The notes below the pieces were generated by a model that saw only the letters and a list, made by a program, of their open reading frames with translations, was not told the DNA's origin and did not search any database. Source: an uncultured Gammaproteobacteria bacterium (GTDB lineage: Bacteria > Patescibacteriota > Microgenomatia > UBA10105 > UBA927). Taken from it: a stretch of 64,000 bases of DNA. Every line of letters starts with the position of its first letter. The stretch's first letter is position 1. The translations under genes and the position numbers were made by a program. Positions 17,602-27,736 of the stretch are shown here, piece after piece. The stretch spans positions 44,302 to 108,301 of the forward strand of contig CAZNKB010000002.1 of assembly GCA_964573695.1 (NCBI GenBank). The letters are read 5' to 3'.

Positions 17602-18165
17602 ATGCGCTCGCACGAACATCCTGTACTCCCACTTCTTCGCCAGGCAGAAGCCGCATGGCGCCGAAAAACGACTACCTCTTCGGTATCTGCCCGCCTACAA
17701 AGAAACGTCACCAGACTATTTGAATTGGCGAAAGATCAGCCCGACGTCCTGAGCGTACGAGCGCAGGATCTCGATAGCGCTGTACGGCTGTTTAACCACC
17801 TGCGTCGAAGCAATAGCCTTACTGGCGCCGAATCACGCACACTTGCCCAGATACTCCCCGGAGAATTCCGTCTTCCTACATTTGGCCAATTATCCCGAAA
17901 CACAAGGCAATCCAGATCGTTTTTTGACATGATGATTTCCCGGCTGCAACGGGGCGATTACGGATTTACCCAAAATATCGCCCAACCGGAAACACTGGGT
18001 ACCCTGACCATACTTTCCGGCTATAGCCTGGCGACACATCGGCAATTAGCGTTTCGCAGGCACGCCGTGGGTTCGGGATTTGATAATATCCTCGTAAGCG
18101 GCCTCAGTACCATGCTCAACCCCGAAAGCGCACTCTATCGCGATATTTTCCGCGCCGCGGCCTAA
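17602..18165 (+). CDS. Hypothetical protein (187 aa)
   Basis: ORF. TATAAT at 17588-17593, only 8 nt before the ATG, so possibly leaderless. Confidence 0.5.
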   Translation: MRSHEHPVLPLLRQAEAAWRRKTTTSSVSARLQRNVTRLFELAKDQPDVLSVRAQDLDSAVRLFNHLRRSNSLTGAESRTLAQILPGEFRLPTFGQLSRNTRQSRSFFDMMISRLQRGDYGFTQNIAQPETLGTLTILSGYSLATHRQLAFRRHAVGSGFDNILVSGLSTMLNPESALYRDIFRAAA

Positions 18166-18232
18166 TCCTATGCTTATTTACTGATAATGTAAGTTGTATT
18201 ACAATACCGGCTTCCGAAAGAAAGACCGTCTT

Positions 18233-18604
18233 ATGCCGTCAGCCCGTTGTGAAAATACAGATTGCCGAGCAGTCCTTACCGCTGCAACCGCGGAGGAATT
18301 ATTCGAAAAGGCGCTCGCCCACCACCGTGGCAGGAAAACCGAAGGCCTCATCATATCCCTATTGGGTGCCCGCGGCACCAAAGACAGTCACCATGCGTGC
18401 CGGGACTTCGAGATCTTTGACGACGCTGAAATAAGCCTGGGGAAATGGCACTTTGCCAATGACCAGTATTCGGATATGTGGTCAACCGCCACGCTACTTA
18501 CCGGAAGAGCCAATACGCATCACCGCTATGACCGCAGGGATCGCGGAGACCGCACGGAAAACAGGCAATATTACGAGCGCCCCAAGCGTCCACGACGAGG
18601 TTAA
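18233..18604 (+). CDS. Hypothetical protein (123 aa) with an Arg/Asp-rich C-terminus
   Basis: ATG at 18233 with a purine-rich tract upstream. The track start at 18194 is a TTG. Confidence 0.4.
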   Translation: MPSARCENTDCRAVLTAATAEELFEKALAHHRGRKTEGLIISLLGARGTKDSHHACRDFEIFDDAEISLGKWHFANDQYSDMWSTATLLTGRANTHHRYDRRDRGDRTENRQYYERPKRPRRG

Positions 18605-19031
18605 GGAGCCACAAAGCACACTGCGTGCTGTGTAATCGTTAGTTTTTTGTGATGCACCGCATTGGTCGAAGCGTTCATACTTCCGGACAGATCCAGGCCG
18701 TTTAAGGGACTGTTGGGATTGGTACACCTTCCTGTGACGAAGTAGTTGTTCCCGTCGGCAAACGGCTTTAGGCCGCGTGCGCTGGCACGAGCGTAGAACT
18801 TACATCCCTCACACGGAGGCTCTGACTCTTGTCGTTGGGCTCTCATAATCTATTTCCTGGAATCTTATTCGTCTTTCCTGCCAAAGAATCATAGTATAGT
18901 AGATTTTTGCCCATACCTCAAATGAAATGGCGCTAATACAAGGCAAACTACTACTTTTCCTCGCAAAAATTCTGCGGATCTACTACTTACCCCTTGCATC
19001 TGGTAGGGGTTTTGCATTTAAATAGTCCAAT

Positions 19032-19475
19032 ATGAATGACCAACTCTCAAGTGAGCCAACACAAACTTCCGACACAGCAAGTGCCGACACAGTACTGGAA
19101 TTAGAGTCAATGATCAAAAATTCCGTTGCGACGATAGACCGCAACAAAACCGAGCTCAAAAAACTCAAAGAGATGCTCGAAAGCGCTCTTTTAAACGACG
19201 AGCCCTACCGCCTAGCGAGCGAAAAAACCAAAGAAGCCGCCAAGGAAAAAGGCAAAGCGAAAATGAACGTCATGCAAAACCCGGCAACCAAACAAATCGC
19301 AGACAAAGTCAAAGACATGACCCAGGAAAACAAAGATCTCGTTTCCGCACAATCCGAATACCTTCGCGAATACGCGAGGCTTTCGGGAACGAACGAGATC
19401 GAAGGCGAAGACGGCGAAGTAAGAGAAATTATCTACGTCGCTAAATTGGTCAAAAAGGCCAAACGAAATTCATGA
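19032..19475 (+). CDS. Hypothetical acidic coiled-coil protein (147 aa), translationally coupled (ATGA) to the downstream glycosyltransferase
   Basis: ORF; the stop overlaps the start of 19472. Confidence 0.55.
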   Translation: MNDQLSSEPTQTSDTASADTVLELESMIKNSVATIDRNKTELKKLKEMLESALLNDEPYRLASEKTKEAAKEKGKAKMNVMQNPATKQIADKVKDMTQENKDLVSAQSEYLREYARLSGTNEIEGEDGEVREIIYVAKLVKKAKRNS

Positions 19476-21307
19476 AACCCAATCGGCCCACAGTGGGCAA
19501 ACCGCCAAACTCACCGAGACTACCTTGGTGGTATTTTGCATTCGCGGCGGCTTTTCTCATACTCGCGACTTTTTTCCGGATTTGGCTTCTCGATCGGATC
19601 CCCACGGGTATCGTCGGGGATGAACTGGATTATGTGCTGAATGCCAAGGCGATCTATCACACCGGCGGCAGCATCATTACGAAAGACTGGTCCCCTCTCT
19701 CTCTTACTACCGTTCCCGATGAAATTCCCAAAGCGGAATTTCCCTATGTCATAAGTCTGCCGTTTGTAGGCCCGTTTGGCCTTTCGCTATTTACCGCACG
19801 CGTAGGATACGCCATAGTGAGCGTCCTCTATGTCCTTCTCGTCGCTTTTTGCGCTGCTGTATTTTTTTCTCCCTGGGTGGGGCTTACTGCCGGATTTATG
19901 GCAGCCATAAATCCGTGGAGTATTTATTACGGCAGGACGGCCTACGATGTCCCGATCGCCATAACCGGCTACATTGCAGCTCTTGTTATCCTCGCCAAAT
20001 GGAAAGGTCCCAAGCTGCTCCTGGCTCTTATCCCGCTCTTTATCGCGTTTTATAGCTACATAGGCACCAAAGTACTGTTCCTTCCGTTCGTGATCGTGTC
20101 GGTAGCCGGCGTGTGGCTCACCATACAAAAGCGGCGGGAGACTATATGGCTTGCCATTGTGGGAATCGTAGCGACGTGCATGTTCGGATATTTCGTCGTG
20201 CAGTTGCGTACCCTCGATGCCAACGAACGGGTCAACCAGCTGTTTACGCCATTTAACCAAACGGTGGTGAACGACGTAGACGGTCAGCGCCGTATGACTC
20301 TTGCGTCACCGCTTACCCGGATTTTTGCCAATAAACCCGTCGTGTATACCAAGACCGCACTTATCAAATTTTTTGGAGCATTTTCCCCCTCGATATTATT
20401 TACCAACGGGGAGGGAATCGCGACATTTTCACTCTGGGAACACGGACTGTTTTATCCCGTAGACGCGTTGTTTTTACTCATCGGCATCGGCGTATTGTTT
20501 GGTTCCTCACCCTCGCTGCTTGTATTTTTTGGCATCCTTATCGCCCTCTCTACGCTTCCTTCTGTGCTCTCTACCGAAGGCACGACCTACGTACACCGCT
20601 CGTCGCTTATGTATCCCTTGCTCACGATACTTATAAGCTACGGCATCGTATCTTCGGCAGAGCGTATCAGGAGTTCCTGGCGCAAGTGGTTTGTAGGAAT
20701 TACCATAATCATATACCTTGTCGCGGTCATCAACTTTTCGTATCTGTATTATTTCCGGTTCCCCTATTACAACTCCGAAGCATTTGGTCTGAGTCAGCGC
20801 ATCTATAGCCGGTATATGACCCTCGCCAACGAAAAAGGGATCCCCGTCATAAATATTTCCAGTTCTTCGGTCGGATATTTCCGGAATTTTATTTTCTACA
20901 ACAATATCCCGTCTCAGGAGACTATTTCTGCTATCCGCAAGGCGTTCGAAGACAAATCCTTTACCTGGGGGCTGTCGTCTTTTTCGGACAGCTGCCCGAC
21001 GACTGCCGATATACGTTCCGGCGACACCTCCTATATCCTTTCCGATACATCGCCCTGCAAAGAATTTTTCATCAAAAAACCCATGCTCGCGATCCCGACA
21101 CTCGCCGACGGGGGTTCGCTCTATATGATTTTTAACGACCGCGTCTGCGGACAATACGCACTGTCCAACTACCCTTCGGGATTTACGATAGGCGATTTCG
21201 ACGTGGAAAAGCTTTCGGAGAAACAATTTTGCGAGCGATTTATCATCCGCTACAGCCAGCCGCTCTACATGCCTCAGGACAAAAACGGCACCTGGGTCAC
21301 CCCGTAA
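19472..21307 (+). CDS. PMT/ArnT-family (GT-C, GT39/GT83-like) membrane glycosyltransferase, 611 aa
   Basis: About 11 TM helices. Periplasmic-loop DE motif (IVGDELDYVLNAKAI) typical of dolichyl/undecaprenyl-phosphate-sugar transferases. Confidence 0.8.
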   Translation: MKPNRPTVGKPPNSPRLPWWYFAFAAAFLILATFFRIWLLDRIPTGIVGDELDYVLNAKAIYHTGGSIITKDWSPLSLTTVPDEIPKAEFPYVISLPFVGPFGLSLFTARVGYAIVSVLYVLLVAFCAAVFFSPWVGLTAGFMAAINPWSIYYGRTAYDVPIAITGYIAALVILAKWKGPKLLLALIPLFIAFYSYIGTKVLFLPFVIVSVAGVWLTIQKRRETIWLAIVGIVATCMFGYFVVQLRTLDANERVNQLFTPFNQTVVNDVDGQRRMTLASPLTRIFANKPVVYTKTALIKFFGAFSPSILFTNGEGIATFSLWEHGLFYPVDALFLLIGIGVLFGSSPSLLVFFGILIALSTLPSVLSTEGTTYVHRSSLMYPLLTILISYGIVSSAERIRSSWRKWFVGITIIIYLVAVINFSYLYYFRFPYYNSEAFGLSQRIYSRYMTLANEKGIPVINISSSSVGYFRNFIFYNNIPSQETISAIRKAFEDKSFTWGLSSFSDSCPTTADIRSGDTSYILSDTSPCKEFFIKKPMLAIPTLADGGSLYMIFNDRVCGQYALSNYPSGFTIGDFDVEKLSEKQFCERFIIRYSQPLYMPQDKNGTWVTP

Positions 21308-21311
21308 ATTT

Positions 21312-21992
21312 CTACACAATCTCTATGGACTTTCGTCGCTTCGTGACGAAAAACCATTCTTCCTTGGGGCTTATGAGCCAGCGGGCGATTACCCGAAGCG
21401 CATCCTTATACTGCGTTTTGTGACATTTGGCTGCCGCTACCTTTTTGGCAAATGTGCGCCCGACCCTAACGACCATATCCACGTCAGCGCGCTTGAATCC
21501 GGGCGGAAAAAATACGAAATAATCTTTCATCATGCTGCTTACAAACTCGCTCACGCAGTTGTACCAAATCGAGTCGATACTGCGATTCTCACGGTAAACA
21601 TAACTTGTGATCATCGCCACAGCCACATGATCCAAATGTCCGGAAACGCCGCGGAGTTCGGTGGTAATGAGAAGCGAAGGCTTATACTCCTTCACCAATT
21701 CGGTCAGCTTGGCCGCTACTTCGTGATATACGTTATTGTTGAGCGTCCCGTCCTGAAAATGCAAAAGGTGCACGTGCTGCACACCGAGCGCTTTAGCCGA
21801 TGCGCGAAGTTCCTCTATGCGCAGGTCAGAAAGCTTTTTGCCCCCAATCGGATGAAACCGGGGATCGCTTGCCCCGTCGGTCACGCAGATGACGTGGACA
21901 TCGTGTACTTTCGCTAGCAGCGCCAGCGTACCCGAAGGACCAAACGCTTCATCGTCTGGGTGAGCTATTACGCAAAATACCGTTTTTTTCAT
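21312..21992 (-). CDS. PIG-L/LmbE-family N-acetylglucosaminyl deacetylase
   Basis: AHPDDEAFG zinc-binding motif near the N-terminus, HxxH further along. Confidence 0.85.
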   Translation of the reverse strand: MKKTVFCVIAHPDDEAFGPSGTLALLAKVHDVHVICVTDGASDPRFHPIGGKKLSDLRIEELRASAKALGVQHVHLLHFQDGTLNNNVYHEVAAKLTELVKEYKPSLLITTELRGVSGHLDHVAVAMITSYVYRENRSIDSIWYNCVSEFVSSMMKDYFVFFPPGFKRADVDMVVRVGRTFAKKVAAAKCHKTQYKDALRVIARWLISPKEEWFFVTKRRKSIEIV

Positions 21993-22014
21993 TGATGTAG
22001 ATTATAATACACCC

Positions 22015-22935
22015 ATGAAGGTATTTACACAGTTTGGTGAGGATCTCCGCACTGTCTGGGCTACGGCTTATGAGGCAAACCGGGACCCATGGCCCTTCCT
22101 TACGTTTGCCTGGCACGAAGCCTGGTACACGCATCTTGCCTCAAAGGTGCGGCTTATGATCTTTTCTGACGACGAAAAAAAAGTACTCCTCCCCCTGGCA
22201 TTATCCGCAAACACCGCACATTTTACCGGAGGAGAAGAAATCGCCGACTATCTGGATATGATAGGAAACGAGGAAAACAAACAGTCGCTGTGGCAGGAAG
22301 TATTGGCGGCGCTGAAAACCCAAAACATTACACGCCTCTCACTTCGCAACATACCGGCTTTTTCAGAAAGCCTGGCCTTTTTCCGCAACCTAGGTACTAC
22401 CCATGTGGAAGAAGAGGATTCCACGCCGATACTTCGGCTTCCCGAATCTTTTGAGGCTTACGTATCATCCCTCGACCGCAAAAGGCGTCACGAGATGCGT
22501 CGGAAACTTCGTAAGTTCGAAGAAAACAATCCTCAGTCAGTGTTTGCGCCTCTTTCTCGCCCGGACATGGATTTACTCATTCGGCTCATGCGCCTCAATC
22601 CGGAAAAGAATACCTTCCTGACTCCAAACATGGAAAAATTCTTCCGTCACCTCCCGTCTTTCTGTACTACCGGGCTCAAGCAGTTCGTCCTCACCGGGAA
22701 TAACCAGCCCATTGCGACCACACTCGCATTTACTTCCAAAAAGGCGTTGCTCCTCTATAATTCGGGGTATGATCCGTCGATAGAGGGCGCGGGCTGGTAC
22801 CTCAAATCCAAACTTATCGCCTGGGCGGTGGAGCATACATATTCTGAAATAAATTTCCTTCAGGGCAAAGAACGATACAAATACGATATGGGGGCAAAAG
22901 ACGAAATGGTATATCGCGTAGAAATTTTACTTTAG
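22015..22935 (+). CDS. GNAT-fold acyltransferase of the CelD/BcsL (FemAB-like, Acetyltransf_6) type
   Basis: 306 aa. General resemblance to CelD-like GNATs. Sits in the glycosylation cluster. Confidence 0.5.
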   Translation: MKVFTQFGEDLRTVWATAYEANRDPWPFLTFAWHEAWYTHLASKVRLMIFSDDEKKVLLPLALSANTAHFTGGEEIADYLDMIGNEENKQSLWQEVLAALKTQNITRLSLRNIPAFSESLAFFRNLGTTHVEEEDSTPILRLPESFEAYVSSLDRKRRHEMRRKLRKFEENNPQSVFAPLSRPDMDLLIRLMRLNPEKNTFLTPNMEKFFRHLPSFCTTGLKQFVLTGNNQPIATTLAFTSKKALLLYNSGYDPSIEGAGWYLKSKLIAWAVEHTYSEINFLQGKERYKYDMGAKDEMVYRVEILL

Positions 22936-22963
22936 GAATATATTTGATATACTAGATTGATTA

Positions 22964-25513
22964 GTGATACGTATTCCTCATCTTTCGCAGGCAAAAGCAG
23001 AATCTCTGCTTCGCACATACGGGCCGAACGCCTTGAGTGAGCAATCCTCGCACTCTCCTCTTACGATATTTATCGATCAGTTCAAGAATATCCTCGTCGT
23101 CATGCTTATGGGGGCCGCAGGTCTTTCATTTTTTCTCGGTGACGCATTGGACGGAGCCCTCATCCTGACGATTCTTGTGCTCAACGCGCTGTTAGGGTTC
23201 GCCCAGGAATTCAAAGCAGAGAAAGCCCTCTCTGCACTCAAACGCATGACCGTCGGCATGGTAAAAGTTCTGCGGGACAATAAAATGATTGAACTCCCGA
23301 GTACGGATATCGTCCCGGGAGATATTATCTTTTTGGATGAAGGAGATAAAGTTCCGGCAGACGCAACACTGGTTGAAGCGATCCATATTGAACTAAACGA
23401 GGCAGCGCTTACCGGCGAATCGCTCCCCGTCGAGAAAAATACCACAACAGATCCTGAAATATTCATGGGTACAATAGTTTCGAGAGGGCGTGGTACTGCC
23501 AAAATCACAAAAACAGGCATGCGCACAAAATTTGGCTCCATTGCGACCAAATTGGGAGAAATCACCGACGAAGAAACCCCACTCGAGAAAAAAATGGCGA
23601 CACTAGGCAAACAACTCGGGATGGTCGCACTGGCATGTTCGAGTATTATTTTCGGATACGGGTTTATTCGCCATGATCCGCTATTTGAGTCACTCCTTAC
23701 CGCAATAAGCTTGGCTGTCGCTGCCGTTCCTGAGGGATTACCTGCAGTCGTCACCATTGCTCTTGCTGTGGGAACACAACGTATGGCCCGTCAAAAATCC
23801 ATACTTCGCAAGCTCTCGGCTATTGAATCGTTAGGAAGTGTCACCGTTATTGCCACAGATAAGACTGGCACGCTTACACAAAATGATATGCGCGTGACAG
23901 ACGTATGGGCTGCCGGCAAAGCCTACAAATTAGAAGGCCTCAAGAAAAAAGTCCCTCCGATTCTTAAGAATCTTATTATCACAGGAGTACACTGCAACAA
24001 TGCAAGTTTGTCTCATTCGTATCAGGACGAAAAACCGACAGTCGTCGGAGACAAAACCGAGGGATCGCTTTTGCTGTTTGCCCACGATCTTCATGTATCG
24101 ACGGACGAAATACGTAGCGAAGGATCGCTTGTCGAAGAATTTGCGTTTACTTCCCTGCTTAAAATGATGACCGTCGTCATCAGAAAGGGAAAAAAGTCAT
24201 TCGTATACTCAAAAGGCGCACCAGAGGCAATATTGAATATATCCACTCACTATCAAAAAGGAAATGACGTATATCCACTCACCTCTGCCGCGCGGAAAGA
24301 AATAGAATCAGAGTTCCGGGCGTTCGCCGCAAAAGGCCTACGCATGATCGCACTCGCCAAACGGGATGTGATATGGAAAAAACAATCCCGAGAAGAAATA
24401 GAATCGAACCTTACATTTCTCGGATTTGTTGGAATTGCTGACCCGCCGCGCCCCCAGATTGCCGATGCCGTACACCTCGCTCAAAAAGCCGGGATCACAA
24501 CCGTTATGATTACCGGAGACAATGAATTGACTGCACAAGCCATTGGTGAAGAAATTGGGCTACTCAAATCCGGCGATCAGGTACTCACCGGAGCCCAGTT
24601 TGCTTCCCTTTCAGATGCAGAGGCGACTCAATCACTTGCGAAAACTCGTATTTTTGCCCGGACGACACCGGAGCAAAAACACAGAATTGTGCAGCTGCTT
24701 CAGCGCATGGGACACGTTGTCGCAGTCACGGGAGACGGGGTAAACGACGCCCTGGCACTCAAACAAGCAGATGTCGGAGTAGCTATGGGCATCACAGGAA
24801 CCGACGTCGCCAAAGAAGCCTCGGACATGATTATCACGGACGATAACTATGCGTCGCTCGTAGTAGCTATCGAAGAGGGTAGAACGATTTTTGACAATAT
24901 CAAATCCACCACGAAATATCTGATCGGGTGTAATTTGGGTGAAATAGGAGCTATCACTGGCGGAGTTCTTCTCGGGTGGCCGTTTATCTTAAGCCCGCTT
25001 CATATTCTGTATGTAAACCTCGTGACAGACGGCTTGCCCGCTATCGGGCTCTCCCTTACTCCAAAGCAGGGGGACATCATGGCCCAAAAGCCGCGTATGG
25101 AAAAAACGATATTCAATAACCACGACGTCTTTTGGTTTATAGAAGTCGGCATCATAACGACTCTTGCTACGCTTATTTCCTTTACGATTGGATCGGAAAC
25201 GAGCGTCACATTAGGCAGGACACTGGCGTTTCTGGCGATAATACTCGCGCAGCAGTATATTTTTTATGATATAGCAAGCCGAAACAAAACTATTCTCCAA
25301 CTCTCTGTACGCCGTTTCCCTTGGATCGTATTGCCCGTCATCATTATGATCGGGCAGGTGCTCCTTTTGGAAGTTCCCGCATTTGAACACATCTTCCAAA
25401 CCGTTGCACCGCCGATCATATTTTCCGTACTGAGTGTCGGGATCACAAGCACCTTGCTGATCGTTTCCGAGCTGAGGAAAAAATACGGCAAGCATTTGTA
25501 CTATCATCACTAA
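22964..25513 (+). CDS. P-type cation-transporting ATPase (type IIA Ca2+/Mg2+-ATPase-like), 849 aa, GTG start
   Basis: DKTGTLT phosphorylation motif, TGES actuator, [20 protein letters not shown] hinge. N-terminal [19 protein letters not shown]. Confidence 0.92.
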   Translation: MIRIPHLSQAKAESLLRTYGPNALSEQSSHSPLTIFIDQFKNILVVMLMGAAGLSFFLGDALDGALILTILVLNALLGFAQEFKAEKALSALKRMTVGMVKVLRDNKMIELPSTDIVPGDIIFLDEGDKVPADATLVEAIHIELNEAALTGESLPVEKNTTTDPEIFMGTIVSRGRGTAKITKTGMRTKFGSIATKLGEITDEETPLEKKMATLGKQLGMVALACSSIIFGYGFIRHDPLFESLLTAISLAVAAVPEGLPAVVTIALAVGTQRMARQKSILRKLSAIESLGSVTVIATDKTGTLTQNDMRVTDVWAAGKAYKLEGLKKKVPPILKNLIITGVHCNNASLSHSYQDEKPTVVGDKTEGSLLLFAHDLHVSTDEIRSEGSLVEEFAFTSLLKMMTVVIRKGKKSFVYSKGAPEAILNISTHYQKGNDVYPLTSAARKEIESEFRAFAAKGLRMIALAKRDVIWKKQSREEIESNLTFLGFVGIADPPRPQIADAVHLAQKAGITTVMITGDNELTAQAIGEEIGLLKSGDQVLTGAQFASLSDAEATQSLAKTRIFARTTPEQKHRIVQLLQRMGHVVAVTGDGVNDALALKQADVGVAMGITGTDVAKEASDMIITDDNYASLVVAIEEGRTIFDNIKSTTKYLIGCNLGEIGAITGGVLLGWPFILSPLHILYVNLVTDGLPAIGLSLTPKQGDIMAQKPRMEKTIFNNHDVFWFIEVGIITTLATLISFTIGSETSVTLGRTLAFLAIILAQQYIFYDIASRNKTILQLSVRRFPWIVLPVIIMIGQVLLLEVPAFEHIFQTVAPPIIFSVLSVGITSTLLIVSELRKKYGKHLYYHH

Positions 25514-25586
25514 GAACGTCCGAAATTGAACCCATGATGTATAATACAGGCAACGATAATACCGGGACGGTTTTGTACGAATAATT

Positions 25587-26165
25587 ATGGATAAGAAAAA
25601 AGTACTCTTAATCGCAGGCGTCATCTTGATCATATTGGTCATTGCTGGGGCTGCGTATATGTTCGGCAAACGACAATCTTTTCCGGGAACGACAGAAATA
25701 ACCCCGACGCCCACCATAGAACTATCCGTAAGCCCGACCGACGGAACGACGCCCACTCCTTCGCTCACGCCGACCAAATCGCCAACCACCACCCCCACCA
25801 AAAAACCGACACTCACTCCCACCACAAGCCCGACTCCGTCTCCAACCACGACGCCGGGAGTCGTCAACATAGAAGCAAGCGTCACACCTACTACAAGTGC
25901 GGCGTGCAGCCAAAAATTCACCTTCAGCGCAAAAATCTATACTAACGGTGCCGCCACAGTAAAATACAAGTGGCTCCGAAGCGACAACGCAAGCGCGGCG
26001 GAACAAACACTCACCTATACCGAGGCGGGTATGCAAACCGTTACGACAGAATGGACACTCGGACAAGCATCCGGCTCTACCTATAACGGCTGGGAGCGAA
26101 TAGAAATAACAAGTCCGGGATCTGCTTTGGGAAACAAAGCGGAATTTACCCTCTCCTGTCCGTAA
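25587..26165 (+). CDS. Membrane-anchored Thr/Pro-rich repeat protein (192 aa)
   Basis: N-terminal TM helix, about 70-aa TPTPS/PTTTP low-complexity linker, C-terminal globular domain. Confidence 0.6.
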   Translation: MDKKKVLLIAGVILIILVIAGAAYMFGKRQSFPGTTEITPTPTIELSVSPTDGTTPTPSLTPTKSPTTTPTKKPTLTPTTSPTPSPTTTPGVVNIEASVTPTTSAACSQKFTFSAKIYTNGAATVKYKWLRSDNASAAEQTLTYTEAGMQTVTTEWTLGQASGSTYNGWERIEITSPGSALGNKAEFTLSCP

Positions 26166-26200
26166 GCTGACCCTAATGACGGTCAACGGCACCTGTCTTT

Positions 26201-26953
26201 ATGCTCGAACGGTTGCAGGCAACGGTTGCGCGCAGATTACCACAATGGATGTTTGACATCCGCATCTCCCCAAGTTCTCACGAAAGAATCCGAAGTGTTA
26301 GACAAACGCTAAACGAACATCCGTCATGGAACGCCATATTGTACTTTAACCATTTGGCGTACGGAGATCCGGGTATCTGGGGATATATCGCACGGACCGT
26401 AGATCCGGACGCGAGTCGTATCGCGGCCGTACTGGCTTCGAAATATCATACGACGTTTCGCAATAATCCGGCTTTCGCGCTTGCCGCACGCGCCGGGGAC
26501 ATCTTAGGCGGGATCCATGTCATTCCGACTATTCAGGCATATATGGTAGAAGACCCTCACTATGGTTTTACCCAGTCCGACGCAAGGAGAAATCAAAAGG
26601 AAATACTGCAAACCATACACGCATTTAGAAAACGAAAGCCGCTCATGTTACTCATATCGCCCGAAGGCCATAGAAGCGACGACCAAACGCTCGGCCAACC
26701 CGAAAAAGGCGTCGCGTCATTTGGTGCTATGCTCGCTCCCGCGCTTCTGATTCCGACCGGCATTTATTACGAAGGGAACTTCCGAAGGAACGGCATCAAC
26801 ACGCGTTCCCGAAAACACCCCGTCATCGCAATAGCCGAAGTCGGTGAGCCTCTCGTCCAAGAAAACCGCCACCACCGCGTACCGCTCGAAACAATGATGC
26901 ATCACCTTGCGCGGACGCTACCGAGAGAACTTCGCGGAGCCTGGAGAGAATGA
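26201..26953 (+). CDS. PlsC-family lysophospholipid acyltransferase
   Basis: NHLAYGD (NHxxxxD) and SPEGHRS (PEGTR-like) acyltransferase motifs. Confidence 0.7.
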   Translation: MLERLQATVARRLPQWMFDIRISPSSHERIRSVRQTLNEHPSWNAILYFNHLAYGDPGIWGYIARTVDPDASRIAAVLASKYHTTFRNNPAFALAARAGDILGGIHVIPTIQAYMVEDPHYGFTQSDARRNQKEILQTIHAFRKRKPLMLLISPEGHRSDDQTLGQPEKGVASFGAMLAPALLIPTGIYYEGNFRRNGINTRSRKHPVIAIAEVGEPLVQENRHHRVPLETMMHHLARTLPRELRGAWRE

Positions 26954-26988
26954 CATTGCCGCCCAATGTAGATCAGGCCGCTCTTCTT

Positions 26989-26997
26989 TGATATAAT
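26989..26997 (+). promoter_or_regulatory. Extended -10 (TGATATAAT) directly upstream of the tRNA-Lys 5' fragment. Likely the ancestral tRNA promoter, now driving the GIY-YIG/tRNA co-transcript.
   Basis: TGATATAAT at 26989-26997. The tRNA-like fragment begins 7 nt downstream. Confidence 0.35.
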
Positions 26998-27003
26998 TCC
27001 GTT

Positions 27004-27048
27004 ACGGGCCTGTAGCTGAACCCCGATAAGATCGGGGCAGGCGGTAGA
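27004..27048 (+). repeat. Duplicate of tRNA-Lys positions 1-26, interrupted in the D-loop by a 21-nt perfect hairpin (CCCCGATaagATCGGGG)
   Basis: ACGGGCCTGTAGCTGAA[CCCCGATAAGATCGGGGCAGG]CGGTAGAGCAG compared with tRNA-Lys ACGGGCCTGTAGCTCAA-CGGTAGAGCAG, 28/29 identities outside the insert. Confidence 0.6.
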
Positions 27049-27058
27049 GCAGGACAAT

Positions 27059-27316
27059 ATGGCTTGGGTATATATCCTACGTAATACGATAACTAATCGT
27101 TATTATGTTGGATCAACTATTGACCTAAAGAGAAGACTAAAACAGCATAAAAGCGGCAATACGAGAACAACAAAAATATTAGGAACAAAGGACTTGGTTT
27201 ATACGGAAGAATACGCAACGGAAATTGAAGCGAGGAGCAGAGAAAAACAAATAAAGTCGTATAAAAGTAAAGCGTATATAGAAAATTTAATACACGGGCC
27301 TGTAGCTCAACGGTAG
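27059..27316 (+). CDS. Mini GIY-YIG nuclease-domain protein (YhbQ/YazA UPF0213-like), 85 aa. The stop codon is U8-A9-G10 of tRNA-Lys.
   Basis: WVYILRN...YYVGSTIDLKRRLKQHKSG matches GIY...YIG plus the R/H catalytic core. AGGA SD. The last 7 codons are encoded by the tRNA 5' end. AT-rich relative to flanks. Confidence 0.8.
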   Translation: MAWVYILRNTITNRYYVGSTIDLKRRLKQHKSGNTRTTKILGTKDLVYTEEYATEIEARSREKQIKSYKSKAYIENLIHGPVAQR

Positions 27317-27367
27317 AGCAGTAGCCTTTTAAGCTATTGGTTCTGGGTTCGAATCCCAGCGGGCTCA
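27296..27367 (+). tRNA. tRNA-Lys (anticodon TTT)
   Basis: GGGCCTGTAGCTCAACGGTAGAGCAGTAGCCTTTTAAGCTATTGGTTCTGGGTTCGAATCCCAGCGGGCTCA. Canonical D/T arms, anticodon loop CUUUUAA. Confidence 0.85.
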
Positions 27368-27448
27368 CAATTTTGGAAATCGAAACATGGTTGAGGTGAT
27401 AGCTGAATGCTAATGCCATGAGGGCCTAGTCCATTATCACGAATATCT

Positions 27449-27667
27449 TCAATACCTTCCTTCTTTTTCCCATTTACGCCTAAACGCCTCGAAAGATATA
27501 CCTCTTTTGCCGTACGAATTTCTGCGCATCACTTCGGCATCATAGGCGTTTCGAAGCCTGGTAAGACGCTCATGATATGCGTTAAATACTCGCATTTTCT
27601 CCTGAGCCGAACGCGATATCGGTTCTACCGATGAAAACCCACGCAGACCTCTCACAGTATGGTACAT
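27449..27667 (-). CDS. Possible small basic protein (72 aa)
   Basis: ORF only, no SD. Confidence 0.3.
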   Translation of the reverse strand: MYHTVRGLRGFSSVEPISRSAQEKMRVFNAYHERLTRLRNAYDAEVMRRNSYGKRGISFEAFRRKWEKEGRY

Positions 27668-27736
27668 AGTATATCATGGGAACTCAAAGAATCACACAAT
27701 TCTGAAGATTTCTTATCGATATAGCAATAATGTGTA

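Noticed and set aside
25211-25921. 236-aa minus-strand ORF
   Set aside because: Antisense to the end of the P-type ATPase and the Thr/Pro-rich gene. The translation is a Gly/Val mirror of the TP repeats.
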